Assembly (NCBI GenBank): GCA_030141605.1
Contig: JAQGDQ010000878.1
Coordinates: 21,080 to 85,079 of the forward strand
Direction of reading: 5' to 3'
DNA from: Tubiluchus corallicola
Taxonomy: Eukaryota; Animalia; Priapulida
Length of the DNA: 64,000 nucleotides
Shown one piece after another: positions 13,437 through 28,021 of the stretch (position 1 is the first letter of the stretch; each line of letters starts with the position of its first letter). Under the pieces are notes generated by a model. The model was not told the origin of the DNA. It ran no database searches and was given only the letters and a program-made list of their open reading frames with translations. Made by a program: the position numbers and the translations under genes.

Positions 13437-14694
13437 TCTTTGACAGTTGTTGCTTCTTTGTCTGACTACCTGCCACTTAGTCTGTCTGCTAGATGGTCGG
13501 TTGAAAGACTGGCTGATTGGTCGGCCATCAACCAGTGAAAAATTCTACTGGTGGGTATGGAAGGGAATTGGTTGATTGTTGCTTGACATGAAATCTGTGA
13601 ATGGTACGATATCTCACATTTCTATATTCCTCGAAGAAGAATGGCTCTAATAGAAAGTTGAGGATCTATTTACAAATTTCGGCACACAAGGAGGAAAGGT
13701 GACTAGCCCATTGCTCGGCCGCCTCTCTTCCCAGTAGAAAACCAAGGATACTCAGTTAAGGATGAGTAAGCCGAAGAAGGAAGCCAAAATGTACAGTTCA
13801 AGTGGGAAATGGCTGAAAATAACATGAGAGAGAGAGTTGAATCCAGACCTTGTGGATTGGTAGCTAAGTGCCAAGTATGTCTGCAGTCGCACATGAGAGT
13901 ACTATGATGTGTAAGAAAATGAAGAAATACAGTAGGGGTAGTGACATGGTAAATAAAATTTTTGGATAGAATGCATGTTGGTTTACATAAAAGCATCGAA
14001 AAAATATTTTGCATAGGCACCAACTAATGACCATGAATCATCCAACTTAATAAATCTGTCACTTTTCTCGCTGTTACCTCTTGTTTTTTTCTTTTGCATT
14101 TCACTTTATTTTTTAGTTTAGGGATTTTAACTGTCATTACTCAATTTTGCCTTTAAGAAAACACATCTGTATGATAATATAATACGACCTTTTTTTGTAA
14201 AATTCAGTTAAACTGCTTTGCAGCAGTGACGGATCAGTGACAGTTTAAAAAAGGAGATCGGAGGATAAGAACGGATAAGCGACAGTTTAACCAACTATAC
14301 GCAGCGTCGCTGTTATTGTTTAACTGTGGCACCACATAACTGCTTACCAGTTCTTGGCTCGTCACACAGCGCAGACTGCGGCACATCATAAAATCATGGT
14401 ACAGACAACAGTAAAAATTATACTATAAATTTTTCTAATCAGTGAACTTACGTTTTAAAGAATCAAGCAGGCAAAATCACTGTAGGAACTGGTCACTGTG
14501 TCATGTACCTTCTGTAAAAGTAGAGAAACAATCCACAATTAATAAGCAATATAATTGACGTGACTATTAATTCAAACATATAAACTATTAATTGTACACA
14601 TCATGTACACCGTACGTAATTTAACCATGTAAACTATGTATACTGGCAACTCAATTTTCATATTTTGAGTCATCTCTCAAAACGTTTCAACATA

Positions 14695-14955
14695 TCAAAA
14701 TCGTAATTACATATTAAAACATCCTTATGTTTCCTTGCTATTATTACATCATTTACTTTACTACATCAATTTCATTAAGTCGTCTACAAAAGCACACATA
14801 ACTTTAATAATTTTTTAATTTTTATTTAAGTAAGGTGAGTGTGTTAATGACCGTATGGTCGTACACTCACTTCACACTACTCAAATCATTTTATTTATTG
14901 TTTATTTATGTGTACAATATTGTATTTTGACGTGTGAAATAAAATTCATAGTTTC
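14695..14955 (+). mobile_element. Dispersed repeat, probable LINE 3'UTR (copy 1)
   Basis: Similar to 26840-27121; ends in aataaaattcatagtt. Confidence 0.6.
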
Positions 14956-15439
14956 TATATCAGACGCTTGCCTACCCTTCCCTTGCAAAGGGAATTCAAG
15001 CTAGCTTAAAGTCCTGGGATGAATATGACAATGGCTTAATTAACTCATCATTGTCCACTGACCAGAACCCATTGACCCAAGGTCAAACGTCACTCAACTG
15101 CTGTTGTATGCTACCTTATCTCAGAATACCTACATGCAAGTAATTATGGTTTAGCCACAATTTGTATGAAGTCACCAATTTGGGTCCCTTGCAGCCCAAC
15201 TCACTGGAAGAAATTAACCAATGTTTGCCTGTTAGATCTCTATTGACAAGCCAAATTTTGAAAATCTCCCATAAATGAAAACATCAGGAAGAGGTGCCTG
15301 TTTTGAGTTTTTCTTTTTGGACAGCTATTTTTGACTAGAAATTAAACGAAAAAAAGTGTAAAGAAAATTGTAATAGTTCCCTTTTTAGTTAACATCTACG
15401 GATTTACATCGACTGTCCGATCGCTTTCCTGCACGTTGC

Positions 15440-15773
15440 TCTCTTTTTCTGCCAATAGGTGTCAGGACGCACTCAAAGAGGAAGTCGGCGTCAACTCGCT
15501 CAAAGCCTCAAACGACCGATTAGTCAGCGGAAAGTGAAGCAGTAAAACGAACTTCGTACTTACACTCAGATTATAAATGTACTAGTAGATTTATCGACTT
15601 ATGTATGTTCGCGCACAGTCTTTAACGAGACAACAGTTGTCTTACCATCCGTGTGTGTTGATTGACCCCAACAAGACTTATGAAACAAGTTAATATTTTT
15701 TTAAGACGCTAATTTGACCTATTTACGGGTTTAGCGTTTAGTTGTCCTACAAAAGTTCCAGTACTAGTATTTG
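15440..15773 (+). promoter_or_regulatory. Candidate promoter and non-coding first exon of endophilin A
   Basis: CpG-richer segment with CCAAT (~15452) and GGAAGT motifs; strong donor G|gtaagt at 15774 could pair with the acceptor at 17322. Confidence 0.4.
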
Positions 15774-16974
15774 GTAAGTGCATATTTTTTAGATAATTAA
15801 TTAGACTAAATGTGCCCAAAACAACATACGGAAAAATTGTGTTAATAGACTGTTATTATCGATTTCCGCGGCGATTGTATAACTTAATATTCTGCTCAGA
15901 CGCCTATTGATATTTTCAATGAGGCGCCTAAAATATGCATTTCAAGGCCAGACAGACTGACAAAGACAGGAAGCTAACCAGAAGTTAACGTACTAAAAAG
16001 GATGTTTAGCTAGCAAGCAGTGTGATATAAGAAAAGCTCATAAATACCCTATGATGCAAACTAAGGTTGTCCATAGGCAAACATGTGCAAAGTGTTGCAC
16101 CAGATAAAAATCCAAAAATAAAACACAAAACTTATGCCAACTTATTAGTGACTGTAAGCCAACCATATTCCACATCAGCAATAATATATGGAGGGCTGCT
16201 TCAAGTAGTTGTAGCTTATTTGACTAGCAAATTGCTGGAACAGTTTCAAGGCTTAACTACTTAGGACCAACTGAAATATCTTTGATTCAAAAGTTGACTA
16301 TAAAAATACATGGAAAATCATTAGTGTTAAATTTAGTACTAGATTCCTAGTAGCTAGACAAACTAAAGTAAGCTAATGAAGTTTGAAACACAACTTAAAT
16401 ACAATGAATAATGTGTTGCCATATTATTGCAATAGGTGAGTCAAATAAAGCTCATGTGAGACTCCTGAAATGCTAAGTGCTGTATTTGAATTGTGTTGTG
16501 GTTAGAAGTAATGGTAACGGAAACCAAGTGATTTTGCAAACTTTGAAGCTGTGGAGTGCGTGAGAAGTGAAATTTGATGCGTGTGTGAAAGATTCAAAAT
16601 CCGTGTGGCACACGCCGAATGCGTGAGATTTGGCAGGTTTGGTTTTACCATCTTTATAAACCGAGTGCTCCCAGCTGCTAATCATCTCACAAAATTTTAT
16701 GTTTATATATGTTGCTGTATTTCAGTTCCCTGAACTAGAAGACCCTACAAGACTATAAATACAACTGTAGCAATAAAACAGTATCGGCAAAAAAATTAAT
16801 AGGCCCATCATATCTGAAATTAGTCATTTTTATGGATATGATCTTATGAAAACTAAAACACTCAATTATTTGATTATAATGTTTCCAAAATATTCGCTAA
16901 TTATTAATAGATATAGTGGGTTATGTTTTATAATACTATTCTAGAAAATAATACCTGACTGTTAAACTAATGAT

Positions 16975-17256
16975 ATATATAATAATCTTTATTTGCCATT
17001 AAAATACATTGATAATCACTGATAAAAACTTTACAGAGATGATTAATCACTGTTAGTTAATAAAAACTTACACTGCTAAAGGCAAATGCGTCAGTGCAAT
17101 CTAAACTACTGTACAGTAATGGAAAGTAACGACGAATAAAATCAAACATATTTACAACTATGCACAAAAAATGAAAAAACTATGATTTAATTAATATGGC
17201 CGTGAATATATGAATTCTGAATTAGTGTGTATGTTGTCGTACTGGTGTGATGGTAT
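16975..17256 (-). mobile_element. LINE 3' end, inverted copy of ~1250-1545
   Basis: Reverse complement matches the 1.25-1.55 kb segment. Confidence 0.75.
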
Positions 17257-17328
17257 ATAGGCACTGTTGTGACTGCTATTATTTGCACAAGATTAAACTA
17301 TTTCATACATTTACTTTTTCAGATCAAG

Positions 17329-18507
17329 ATGTCGTTTGCTGGTCTCAAGAAACAGTTTAACAAAGCTAATCAGTACATGAATGAAAAAATTGGTGGAGCA
17401 GAAGGCACAAAACTCGACGATGACTTCCTCGAAATGGAGAGAAAAACTGACGTAATGACAGACCTGGTAGAAGACTTGCAGACTAAGACTAGGGAATATC
17501 TTCAACCAAATCCTGCTTCACGTGCCAAGATGCTCACTGCAAATACTGTCTCAAGAATTCGTGGTCAGGTTCAAAAGATGCCATATCCACAACCGGAAGG
17601 TAACCTCGGTGACGTCATGATAAAGTATGGCAAAGAACTAGGAAATAATTCTGACTTCGGAAGTGCGCTACTAGAATCCGGTGATGCTTTTAAGCAGCTA
17701 TCTGATATCAAATATGCTCTAGAGGACAACGTGCGACAAAATTTTCTGGAACCACTCATGCAACTACAGCAAAAAGACCTGAAAGAGGTTAATCACCACA
17801 GGAAAAAGTTGTCTGGAAGGAGACTCGACTACGACTGCAAGAGGCGCAAGAAAGAGAAAGAAGGCTCCAAAATATCGGATGACGAACTCAGATTGTCGGA
17901 GGAAAAATTTGAGGAGTCGTGGAATCTTGCAGAAGCAGCAATGGTCAACCTCTTGGAAAATGATATCGAGCAGATATCTCAGCTAACTGCTCTCATTCAG
18001 GCACAACTGGACTTCTTCCGACAGTCAGCCGAAGTCTTGGAGGACTTGGTCGAAAAGATTGACAATCACAAAGAGAGTGCAGAAAATCGGCCCAAGAGAA
18101 CGGCTTCCATACATAAGGTTCAACGCCGCAGTGTAAGCTCAACAAATTCCGATCCTTGGACGGACCACGCAGATTCTGGAAGCACGGGATCAAAATCGGG
18201 AAGCTACACCTTCAATGCCGACCCGTGGGACCACACGAATAACCCTCCTCCAGTTTACAGCGCCAGTGTTACTCCTGCAGCAGCCGCCCGTCCCTCAAGC
18301 AAGCCGTGCTGCGAGGGTTTATACGATTTTGAGCCGGAAAATGATGGTGAGCTAGAGTTCAGCGAAGGTGACATCATTGAACTTAAAGCGCAGATCGATG
18401 AGAACTGGTTCGAAGGAAGCGTTCGTGGAAAAACTGGATTCTTCCCGGTAAATTATGTTAAAGTGTTAACACCACTACCCACCTCACCGGGCACATTTTG
18501 CCCCTAA
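17329..18507 (+). CDS. EndoA: Endophilin A (N-BAR + SH3), 392 aa, single coding exon
   Basis: MSFAGLKKQFNKANQYMNEKIGGAEGTKLDDDF, EYLQPNPASRAK, RRLDYDCK, and SH3 GLYDFEPENDGEL...WFEG...GFFPVNYV; acceptor ttttttcag 6 nt before the ATG. Confidence 0.95.
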   Translation: MSFAGLKKQFNKANQYMNEKIGGAEGTKLDDDFLEMERKTDVMTDLVEDLQTKTREYLQPNPASRAKMLTANTVSRIRGQVQKMPYPQPEGNLGDVMIKYGKELGNNSDFGSALLESGDAFKQLSDIKYALEDNVRQNFLEPLMQLQQKDLKEVNHHRKKLSGRRLDYDCKRRKKEKEGSKISDDELRLSEEKFEESWNLAEAAMVNLLENDIEQISQLTALIQAQLDFFRQSAEVLEDLVEKIDNHKESAENRPKRTASIHKVQRRSVSSTNSDPWTDHADSGSTGSKSGSYTFNADPWDHTNNPPPVYSASVTPAAAARPSSKPCCEGLYDFEPENDGELEFSEGDIIELKAQIDENWFEGSVRGKTGFFPVNYVKVLTPLPTSPGTFCP

Positions 18508-21205
18508 TTTGCAATGTAGTAATCAATTTCTTAGTCTTTGTGAATAATAAAAACCCATTTCAATACCCATAGATCAAACCAGTAGTGCTCTAATAGAAAA
18601 GCTCTACTTATAATGAAAAGTATTTGTATAATTTTTGGGGCAATGTCATACCTTTAGGTTGGTTGTTGGTATGATATATAATCTTTTTGTATTAAAGAAA
18701 GACTTTTATTAAGTAGGTGCTCACAGTCAAAGAATAAAGTCATGCTCTAAAAGCTGCATATCCAACGGCAACTGAATAACAGATTTTCATAACTGAATGG
18801 CTTAACATAATTTATATGGATAGAAACGGTGATATAAAAGTATTGTACTAATGTTCAAGTCAAAACATTTAGCTAAGAAGTTTCACCAAAATCAAATATA
18901 GTTAGAACTCAATTCAGTAAGATCGCTGCTGCCACAGCAAGAAACAATGACAAGGTCTCGTCACAGCAATACCATTGTATGTTTCCAAAATAACAAGGAC
19001 AGCAAAATAACAGATTCCTTAAAGGTCCATTAAAAAAGTGATGTCCCTACTGTCATTGGTCCACACAAATTTGCTCTTTATGAATCAATTCACAGAAAGC
19101 GCTTAATTTTTAAAATGACATTCGTGACGAGCAGTAGACCACTAATATGAAATGTTAATAAAGATAAAGGCCCAGTGTAGGTTCCTTTCAAATTATTTTT
19201 TCGAAGTTACTCTGACATGCTTATCAGTCTGATTTCATTCTAAGGATTCCAAGCAAGATTTGTAATCATAATCATACTCATGAACATAATAAAAATTATC
19301 TAAGATTTTCCAGACAAAATCTGAATTAATCGATTTTCAGTTATGGGTGTTACAAAATTTTTGGTGCGTTCGATAATGAAAAGTGTGCCAAAAACAAAAC
19401 AAACAAATTCTACTACATAACTTATTCTTTTACAAAAGTGCCTTTTAGTCATTGTAATAATAACCCGGTAACAAATTGTGAAAATATAACATAAAGAAGT
19501 ATACGAAGTTCTGTCACCTGTAGCGGAGCAACAAGTCAGTCAACAAACAAGTTCTTCGCATAATCGAAATTGAAATATTGCCATTAATCGAGTCGAAATA
19601 AATTTATTTTAACAGATTACGAACTCTGATTCCACGTAGCAAAGGCTTACTGAATGGCAGGGTTAAATTTTTGAACATTTAGTCAAGAGAAAAATAAGTC
19701 AGAGAAATTAACTTTGCAGAAATTCAATGGCTTGCTTCAGAACTTTGTATTACTATAATTACTGCTACACAATCTTTTAATTCAATGCCGTCCTCTGCAA
19801 ACCAATGGCAAGACTGGAGCTTAGCATATATCGTCATGAGCCACTGCACCAGCAGAGGTTTCTTAAACCGTGTTCCTATGCAAATTACCGCAGCCAGTAC
19901 TTTGTACCAACCAGAGAGAGTACATGAAGTGGCCATGAGTCATTGATTCAAAGCATGTGTAGGAGGCCACTCTGCTGTATGTTAATATATGATTGTCTGC
20001 TTGTGTTGTCAGTGCCACAAAAATGTGAAACTATATTTTCGAATATTAAAATGGCCAGCATTAAAATAACGAACAATACACAGTGCCTACGAGTCTATAA
20101 ATTATGGCTCGAACAAGTTGACGAAACATCGATATTTTTTTTAAATATCACAAATTTACCATTGCTCGATTTGTTAAAAACTGCTGTATAGTTTCTGCAT
20201 AGGTGCTATATTTAGGAATTTTTGCTGGCTTGTATATAAAAATTGTTCTAAACTGGTTGAAATATGTTGTAAATTGCCTAACCTCACAAATTTAGCTAAA
20301 ATCACTAATCAGCCTCTCCTTCCTTCAATCAAAGATATATTAATATGTTTACTAAAACAGAAAAACGATTATTTCTAGCTATTATATCCAATTACTGTTA
20401 ATTATGTGCATATATTTTAATAATGTTAACATAAAATTGTGTACCAGAGAATATATTTTTACACAAATTTATTGATCAATACTCTGTTTGTGCAAACAAA
20501 TCAATAAACTTCATACTGCAGAATTTGTATGATCCGATAAACCGAATGATCGACAACTAAAATGATATATTTTGTTTGATATGTACTACCATCTAATAAA
20601 AATGTTGACTAAAAATATTTAAAGTGCTTTCGCTTCACTGTACTTCCACGTCTAAGTTTGTGTACGTACCAAACTGGCAGCCTGCAATAAAAGCTGTGAA
20701 GAAGATTTCACAGTAATCATTGAAAAATGTGACTGAAACAAAGGTAAATCGCTGCAAAAGATTAATCAAGATATCGAATTACTAGAACAAAATTATACTC
20801 GATTTAAAATATTTCAAGATTGACAATCACAACGGCACACTCCAAGCTGACATCTAGCATTCAAAGGCGGGGCCTAATCAATGCCATGTTTATGGCAAGA
20901 CTGGAATACGGCTCATTATAAACAAGAGCCCCTAATATGAAATATATACACATCCTTCCACTAGGAAACAAATATTCAGATTCAGTGTCGCAAATGAAAC
21001 TATCCAGAGCGGGTATTCGGCCTGGCGTTCACCAATCCAGTCACTGGTCAGACTTGGCATTGCTTAACTTCGTTCACAAAGCAGATTTGTTTGACCACTT
21101 GTTTATTCACTCCGCCAGACAGGCACACCGAACAACTAGGAAATGTTATTGCGCGCATTTTCATTAGCATACCAGAGGCGGTTAGAAGCTGTGTTATACC
21201 TATTG

Positions 21206-21598
21206 CATTAGAACCTCGATTATCCGGACCCGAGCTTACCCGGAATATGGGGTTATCCGCGCCCCATCCTATCCAGAATCCAGACTAGATAACAAAATTA
21301 ACACACGTGCAACTCATAGTTTTTTACCTTTTTCTACAGAAAAAATAACTAAAATTAGCTACAATAACATGTGCAGTTCAAAACAACACGTTCCAGAATT
21401 ACATGAACATTTTCACTAAAAAGCACAATATTTTGCTGATAATGAATCGAACCGCACACTCGTAAAATCATTAAATAACTTTAGAATTAGAATTACAGCT
21501 ACAATCATTAGTAAAAGTCGTTTATCCGGACTGACTCAATTATTCGGACGGTTTGGACCTCTCAGAACCGGACTGTCTGCATAATCGAGGCTCTGCTG
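21206..21598. mobile_element. pogo/Tigger-like MITE (diverged)
   Basis: CATTAGAACCTCGATTATCC ... ATAATCGAGGCTCTGCTG|TA. Confidence 0.6.
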
Positions 21599-22911
21599 TA
21601 CCACATGCAAGCAAAATATGACAAAAGTAACGTCAGTTAATGAAACAGTTGTTGTCCAATAACCAGAGATGTTACCGAAACTGAAACTGCAAACCAAAAA
21701 TGAAATTTATGAAACATAGGAAACCGATATCGAAATAAAGCCAAACCGAAATCGACTGGTATCAAAACTGAAAAAATTCTGAAACAAATAAAATACTTTG
21801 CTTTGGCTTGTTTGCTTACATTTGCTATAATACAAGCTTAGTAGCTAGGCAAATCCTAACCAAAAAAGTAGAATGTTTATGGTTAAAGATCTTCAAGCTT
21901 CAAAAAAATTGACAAATTTTATTTGTAAATATTTTGTTGTCTATATTTCGTAAATTATAAAATTAAACTTGATCTTATTCAAATGACACGTTGATAGATC
22001 TGAAAGTTTCACAGTGATCAACAATGAAGATATGCCACATTGCCATAAACAGCATGCTATAAATGATAAGTTTCACAATCATCAACACTGAAGATATCCC
22101 ACATTGCCATACACAGCATGCAAGAAATGATATAAAAAGTTAACTGAACAATATTTACGCTTTAGATGAACTATTTTAACCAATATTTTTCAGAGATTTT
22201 TAACATCTAGCAAATTTGACAATTTTCCACGAAAACAAAACTCAACGGAAAGTGAAATTATCAGAAAATTTTCGTTTAAGTAACAACCCTGCCAATAACA
22301 GGCCTAATTATTTTTTAATGAGTTTTTTTAATAAAGGTGTCATTTATTAGACTCACGGTTAATAAAATCAGTGGCTTAATTGACTCAAAAACATCTATTA
22401 TGCACCGCTCCTATTCAAATGTATATAAAAACTGTCGACAATTGACTCAAATAACTCCACATAATTGACCCCTACATATAATCCACATATTTTGCTTCGG
22501 GTACTTAAAATAAGGCAATTATATTGGTTAGAGAGTTTTCTACTAATTTTGTACACTATGCTGAAACAATCATGTAAAGTGGTCAGAGAGTTTTCTACTA
22601 ATTTTGTGCACTATGCTGAAACAATCATGTAAAGTACCATTGTATTTAAAAGCAGGTACCGTTATCATGTACTATTATCCTAGCTAGCGGTTTTGCTTAG
22701 AATCTGTCACCGGTTCATCTGCTGCAATTAACCTTGTTGCCCAAGAATCTATGCAAACAAACTTTTAATGGCATGCCTAGAACTTTCCATTTAATCAGTT
22801 AACTGCCACTGTTATGCCACATATGCAGTGGCAGTTATCTGCCAGTATTCTTTGTTTACAAGCTTACAAGCATAAACATCATAGAACAATCAAGAACACC
22901 GAGTTAAGCTA

Positions 22912-24047
22912 ACATTTAAAACTCTTTTGGTTTTTGCAGCAGTGTAAGCTAAAGAGTGATGACTCGTACTTTTACACTACTAATACTACATTTAAAACTC
23001 TCTCGGTTTTTGCAGCAGTGTAAGCTAGAGTGATGACTCATACTTTTACACTAGTAATACTACATTTAAAACTCTCTCGGTTTTTGCAGCAGTGTAAGCT
23101 AAAGAGTGACGACTCATACTTTTACACTACTAATACTACATTTAAAACTCTCTCGGTTTTTGCAGCAGTGTAAGCTAAAGAGTGACGACTCATACTTTTA
23201 CACTACTAATACTACATTTAAAACTCTCTCGGTTTTTGCAGCAGTGTAAGCTAAAGAGTGACGACTCATACTTTTACACTACTAATACTACATTTAAAAC
23301 TCTCTCGGTTTTTGCAGCAGTGTAAGCTAAAGAGTGACGACTCATACTTTTACACTACTAATACTACATTTAAAACTCTCTCGGTTTTTGCAGCAGTGTA
23401 AGCTAAAGAGTGACGACTCATACTTTTACACTACTAATACTACATTTAAAACTCTCTCGGTTTTTGCAGCAGTGTAAGCTAGAGTGACGACTCATACTTT
23501 TACACTAGTAATACTACATTTAAAACTCTCTCGGTTTTTGCAGCAGTGTAAGCTAGAGTGATGACTCATACTTTTACACTAGTAATACTACATTTAAAAC
23601 TCTCTCGGTTTTTGCAGCAGTGTAAGCTAAAGAGTGACGACTCATACTTTTACACTACTAATACTACATTTAAAACTCTCTCGGTTTTTGCAGCAGTGTA
23701 AGCTAGAGTGATGACTCATACTTTTACACTAGTAATACTACATTTAAAACTCTCTCGGTTTTTGCAGCAGTGTAAGCTAAAGAGTGACGACTCATACTTT
23801 TACACTACTAATACTACATTTAAAACTCTCTCGGTTTTTGCAGCAGTGTAAGCTAAAGAGTGATGACTCATACTTTTACACTACTAATACTACATTTAAA
23901 ACTCTCTCGGTTTTTGCAGCAGTGTAAGCTAAAGAGTGACGACTCATACTTTTACACTACTAATACTACATTTAAAACTCTCTCGGTTTTGACAGCAATG
24001 TAAGCTAAAGAGTGATGACTCATACTTTTACACTAGTAATACTACAT
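22912..24047. repeat. Minisatellite, 74-76-bp unit, ~15 copies
   Basis: acatttaaaactctctcggtttttgcagcagtgtaagct(aa)agagtga..ctcatacttttacacta.taatact repeated. Confidence 0.95.
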
Positions 24048-26839
24048 GCAACTGCTAATAGATTCAATTAATCGTTAATTGGGCCAGAATTCTTCCAACC
24101 CAAAGCGAGTCTATTAAGTGGAGTCTACTGTACTTCAATGTAAATCACAACAATCAGAGTTCATGAAAAAATGTGAAATTTCAAGCTTGAAACACGTTTC
24201 ATATTGACAAGTGTTTTGGTATTTACCATGTAAAAGCTGGTCCCAGAATCAAATCTTTCATCGATACGTCAAACTGCAAAGAGAAACAAAACAAATTTCA
24301 TCACATTATTTGTTCAAATCAAAACAAATCAAATCAAAGCAGAATAGATATAAATTATATAATTTTTCTTTGAAACTAGAAGAAATACATATACTATTAT
24401 TTTTTACTGTTCCACATACGTCAGACACCCACATTCAATTACAGGGCTGCGTAACGATGAATGGCGGTGGTGTCGGGACCAGCACCTAATCTCATTGTCA
24501 AGGATAACCCTCTAAGTTAAGTCAGCGAACCACAAGAGATGCCTTACCACACATTCGGATGTTATCTACAGATGGCCGTTGGGGAGCGTTAAAAAAGAGC
24601 ACAACAATTGGGCTGATATGCATACAGCACACATTACTGGCTCTCTAACGTGAGCCACTGAACCAGCAGAGGTGTCCTAAACCATGTTTGAATGCACGGT
24701 TTTGCACTGAAGTGAGTTAACTATACCATCACCTGTATAGAAATATATTATAAGAATGAGAACGAATAATATGCACTGAGTGGATTTGCAACCCATCTCA
24801 CATTGACTGCCAATCATGATGTGCAACACCTCACTGACCAAAGGCCCTCCCCGTCTGGACACGGGTCATTATAGTGGAGTACTCATTTAACTTCATTATA
24901 GACACAATGAATTTGACAGCAGAAACAATCCATTGTGAGGATTAGGCCTACTGTATGCACCTATAGAAACAATATTAAATGAAAAGTCTTGCTTTTCGTA
25001 TCCTAACTACAGCTTTATTATGAATGAATGATTGCAAATTTAAAAACAAACTAGGCACACAAAAGGATCTCATGAATACACATCATCATTCCATAACTCC
25101 TTGCAGCTGCAAACCTCCCGTGAAAACATTTGAAAATGTTACAAACTTACAATGAAAACTTGCAATTTGGTATCGCACTAGTATGGAAAAAGTTGTTAAT
25201 GGAGACCGAAAATTAAAGGCGATTTTCATAAAATCGCTTGTATTGGCATTTTTCATTCAAAAAGATTCTCCATAGTTAAAGTTTGTTCAGTAAAGTTATT
25301 TTATAGCATAAACAGGCAAGGCTGTTTAAAAATTAGCGCAATCTCAATTATAAACCGCGGAAACAATCGGCTCGGTGAATTCAGAATAACATCTATTTCA
25401 TAAACTGAATTAAATTATCTGACTGACTGTGATTAAGATTTACTTATAGTAAGAAAGGTAAAGTAATTCTAAAACTAATACACAATGATCATATGTACTT
25501 GAAATATTTACAAAGCTTTTCGTTCACTTGCAATTCAAATATTTGAATAAAAGCTATATTTAAACCAGTAGAAATCATTTAATCAAGTCATACAGGCAAG
25601 TTTAAAACTAGATGTCATTTGCAGCTAACATACATAGGCTAGCAAGAAGGGTGAAAATCCAAATGAATTTCAAAATGCTGAAGTTCTTCAAATTTTCAAC
25701 AATAAGTATTTACCGTCGTAAAGACAAAACTTATGCTGAAAGTTTCAAATGCATGCTTCAAACTGCACTGCAACATCAAAGCAGAAATTTGCTATTCCTA
25801 GTGCCCCACCATAAATATTGCCAATGGTCAACTGGTCAGTGATACATGGCGGTTTTCAATAGACAGATGTCAATTATAATAAGAAAACCAGTTAATTTGT
25901 TCTGAAACTTTGAATTATTTTAAATGAGGTGTTCTTATGAAGCACTAGTCAATGTTCTTCATGGAAGCAAAAATATTTGACACCATCAGTACATTGTTAT
26001 CAATATGATGCAAAATTGCAAACCCATTTATTTTTATCTTTTCGAAACACAAAAGTCCCATCAAATTCTGCTTTAGGCCACAAAATTTGACATAAAAAAT
26101 ATAAAAATTTTGGCTTTAATGACAACCCTAATCATACGGTAACACAGCAATTGAAACTGCATTCTTTTTTTGAAAATATGAAAAATTCGTGCATGTCCAA
26201 TGAGCTGACATTCACCACTTTCGATTCACAACTCACAAAAGTCCGGCTAAAAATTTCAATTCAAAAGAAACAAACTGCATTGGGTTGGCAAAGCTGTAGT
26301 TCGGCAACAATATTATGCAGGACCTACACATCTACTAATTTCATAAAGAAAAGAAACATGAAAATCACAACGTTAAAACAGTTTTATAAATTTGAAATTT
26401 GTGCATCATTGAATGGTTGTATTAATGGCAATTAACAAAGTATGTTAGTGCCTTACTGCCTTTGAGTGGTCATTAATCAAAATTTGGCAAATGCAGAGAT
26501 CATAGAATCTTACTAATTATTAAAATACTAATAGGCCTACTCTATTTGTCATTAACACTATGCAAGATTGTCGTGTTTTATTAATCGAATAAGATATTAG
26601 GCTGACACAGGCCGAAGAAAAACACGACTGGACGTAAAATTAATACTGGTGAAAAATATTCCAAATCAAACTACTGTAGTGTAGGAGAATTTAGGTACAT
26701 ATATGTGTATATGTATATCATTGTATATACAAGTAAGTAATATGGTGCATTGTAATGCAAGTAAGTGGTGTATTGACAGATGATCACATAACTCAAATTC
26801 GTAACTATGTAAAATTTTCTTTCAGTCTTTAAGGCTCAC

Positions 26840-27121
26840 TCAAAATCGTAATTACATATTATGTTTTCCTTTCTCAACTTTCAGGTTTATTGCTCTTATA
26901 CCATTGCTATTATTACATCATTTACTTCATCCTTATTTACATTAAGTTATCTACAGAAGCATGCATAACTATAATCATTTTTTCATTTAAGTAAGGTGAG
27001 TATGTTAATAACCGCATGGTCGTAGACTCACCTCACACTACTTAAATTATTTTATTTAAAATTTATTAATGTGTTTGATATTGTATTTTTTGATGTGTGA
27101 AATAAAATTCATAGTTCATAG
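26840..27121 (+). mobile_element. Dispersed repeat, probable LINE 3'UTR (copy 2)
   Basis: Similar to 14695-14955; tail aataaaattcatagttcatag. Confidence 0.6.
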
Positions 27122-28021
27122 TAGTGAAATAATATTCAGCGAGGCAGGAATTTCTTTCTTCAACGAACACAACAGCCAACAACAACGGAGAGGTATGTAG
27201 TGTAACATATTATTAAAACTTTCTTATTACTACAGAAACGAAAATAATACAAGATTTTATTAGTGATCGGGTCCCTGGGAAAGCCACAGCAGCAAGACCT
27301 CACCCCAAAAAGCTAGCAAACAACACTCAACAGTTATAATTATATTTATAATATAGACTATTAAGTGAGACAGTTTTAAACTAACGTGCATGCAAGCTTA
27401 GAAATTCTATATCCCATAAATTAAACTGGCTCCATGACATTTACCAACTGTCTTATCGCCGTAAGTTTCTGCCGCGCAAAATTTTATATTTTGTATATGA
27501 AAATATTTACACGCCAGGTTCCGTCTTTCCAAGCTAAATAGCGCAATAAAGTTATTCCATTAGACAAGAGCAGTTATGCCAGAGTGTAAAAAGAAGAAAG
27601 ACGGAAAATATTGTTACGTATTTCGTTTTTGCGATTAGCGGCTATGCTGGCGGCATCAAACGGCGGATAATTAAAAAATTTTGAGCGCCACCTTGACTGT
27701 AATAATAATATTCTTAAGTTCACCAATAATGTTGGCATACGCACAATTTCGATAAGCCAAAATCACTTTTGCGTTTTTAATAAAAGAAGAATATCTAAAT
27801 TAAATACAATTATTAGTTTAAAAAACTGAAAACATTTAATGAAAAGGAAAAAAAATTGTAGCAATAAATTTGTATTATGTACTTGCAAATACTTCTGCAG
27901 TTTTCTTGTAAGAAAAATTTTATTGTTCTTCCTGAGAAAAGAGGCTAGCTGACTGCGTGATGGGCTGCCTACTATGTAAAAAGGTAATGCATTTTTATTG
28001 ATTTTTCTCTCCCTACCTCTC

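Noticed and set aside
14964-15005. EGF-like start (ACLPFPCKGNSS*) after an acceptor
   Set aside because: Stops after two cysteines; at most a decayed exon.
17269-17328. N-terminal 20 aa of the 412-aa ORF
   Set aside because: Non-ATG start inside an intron; the acceptor at 17322 and conserved MSFAGLKKQF place the start at 17329.
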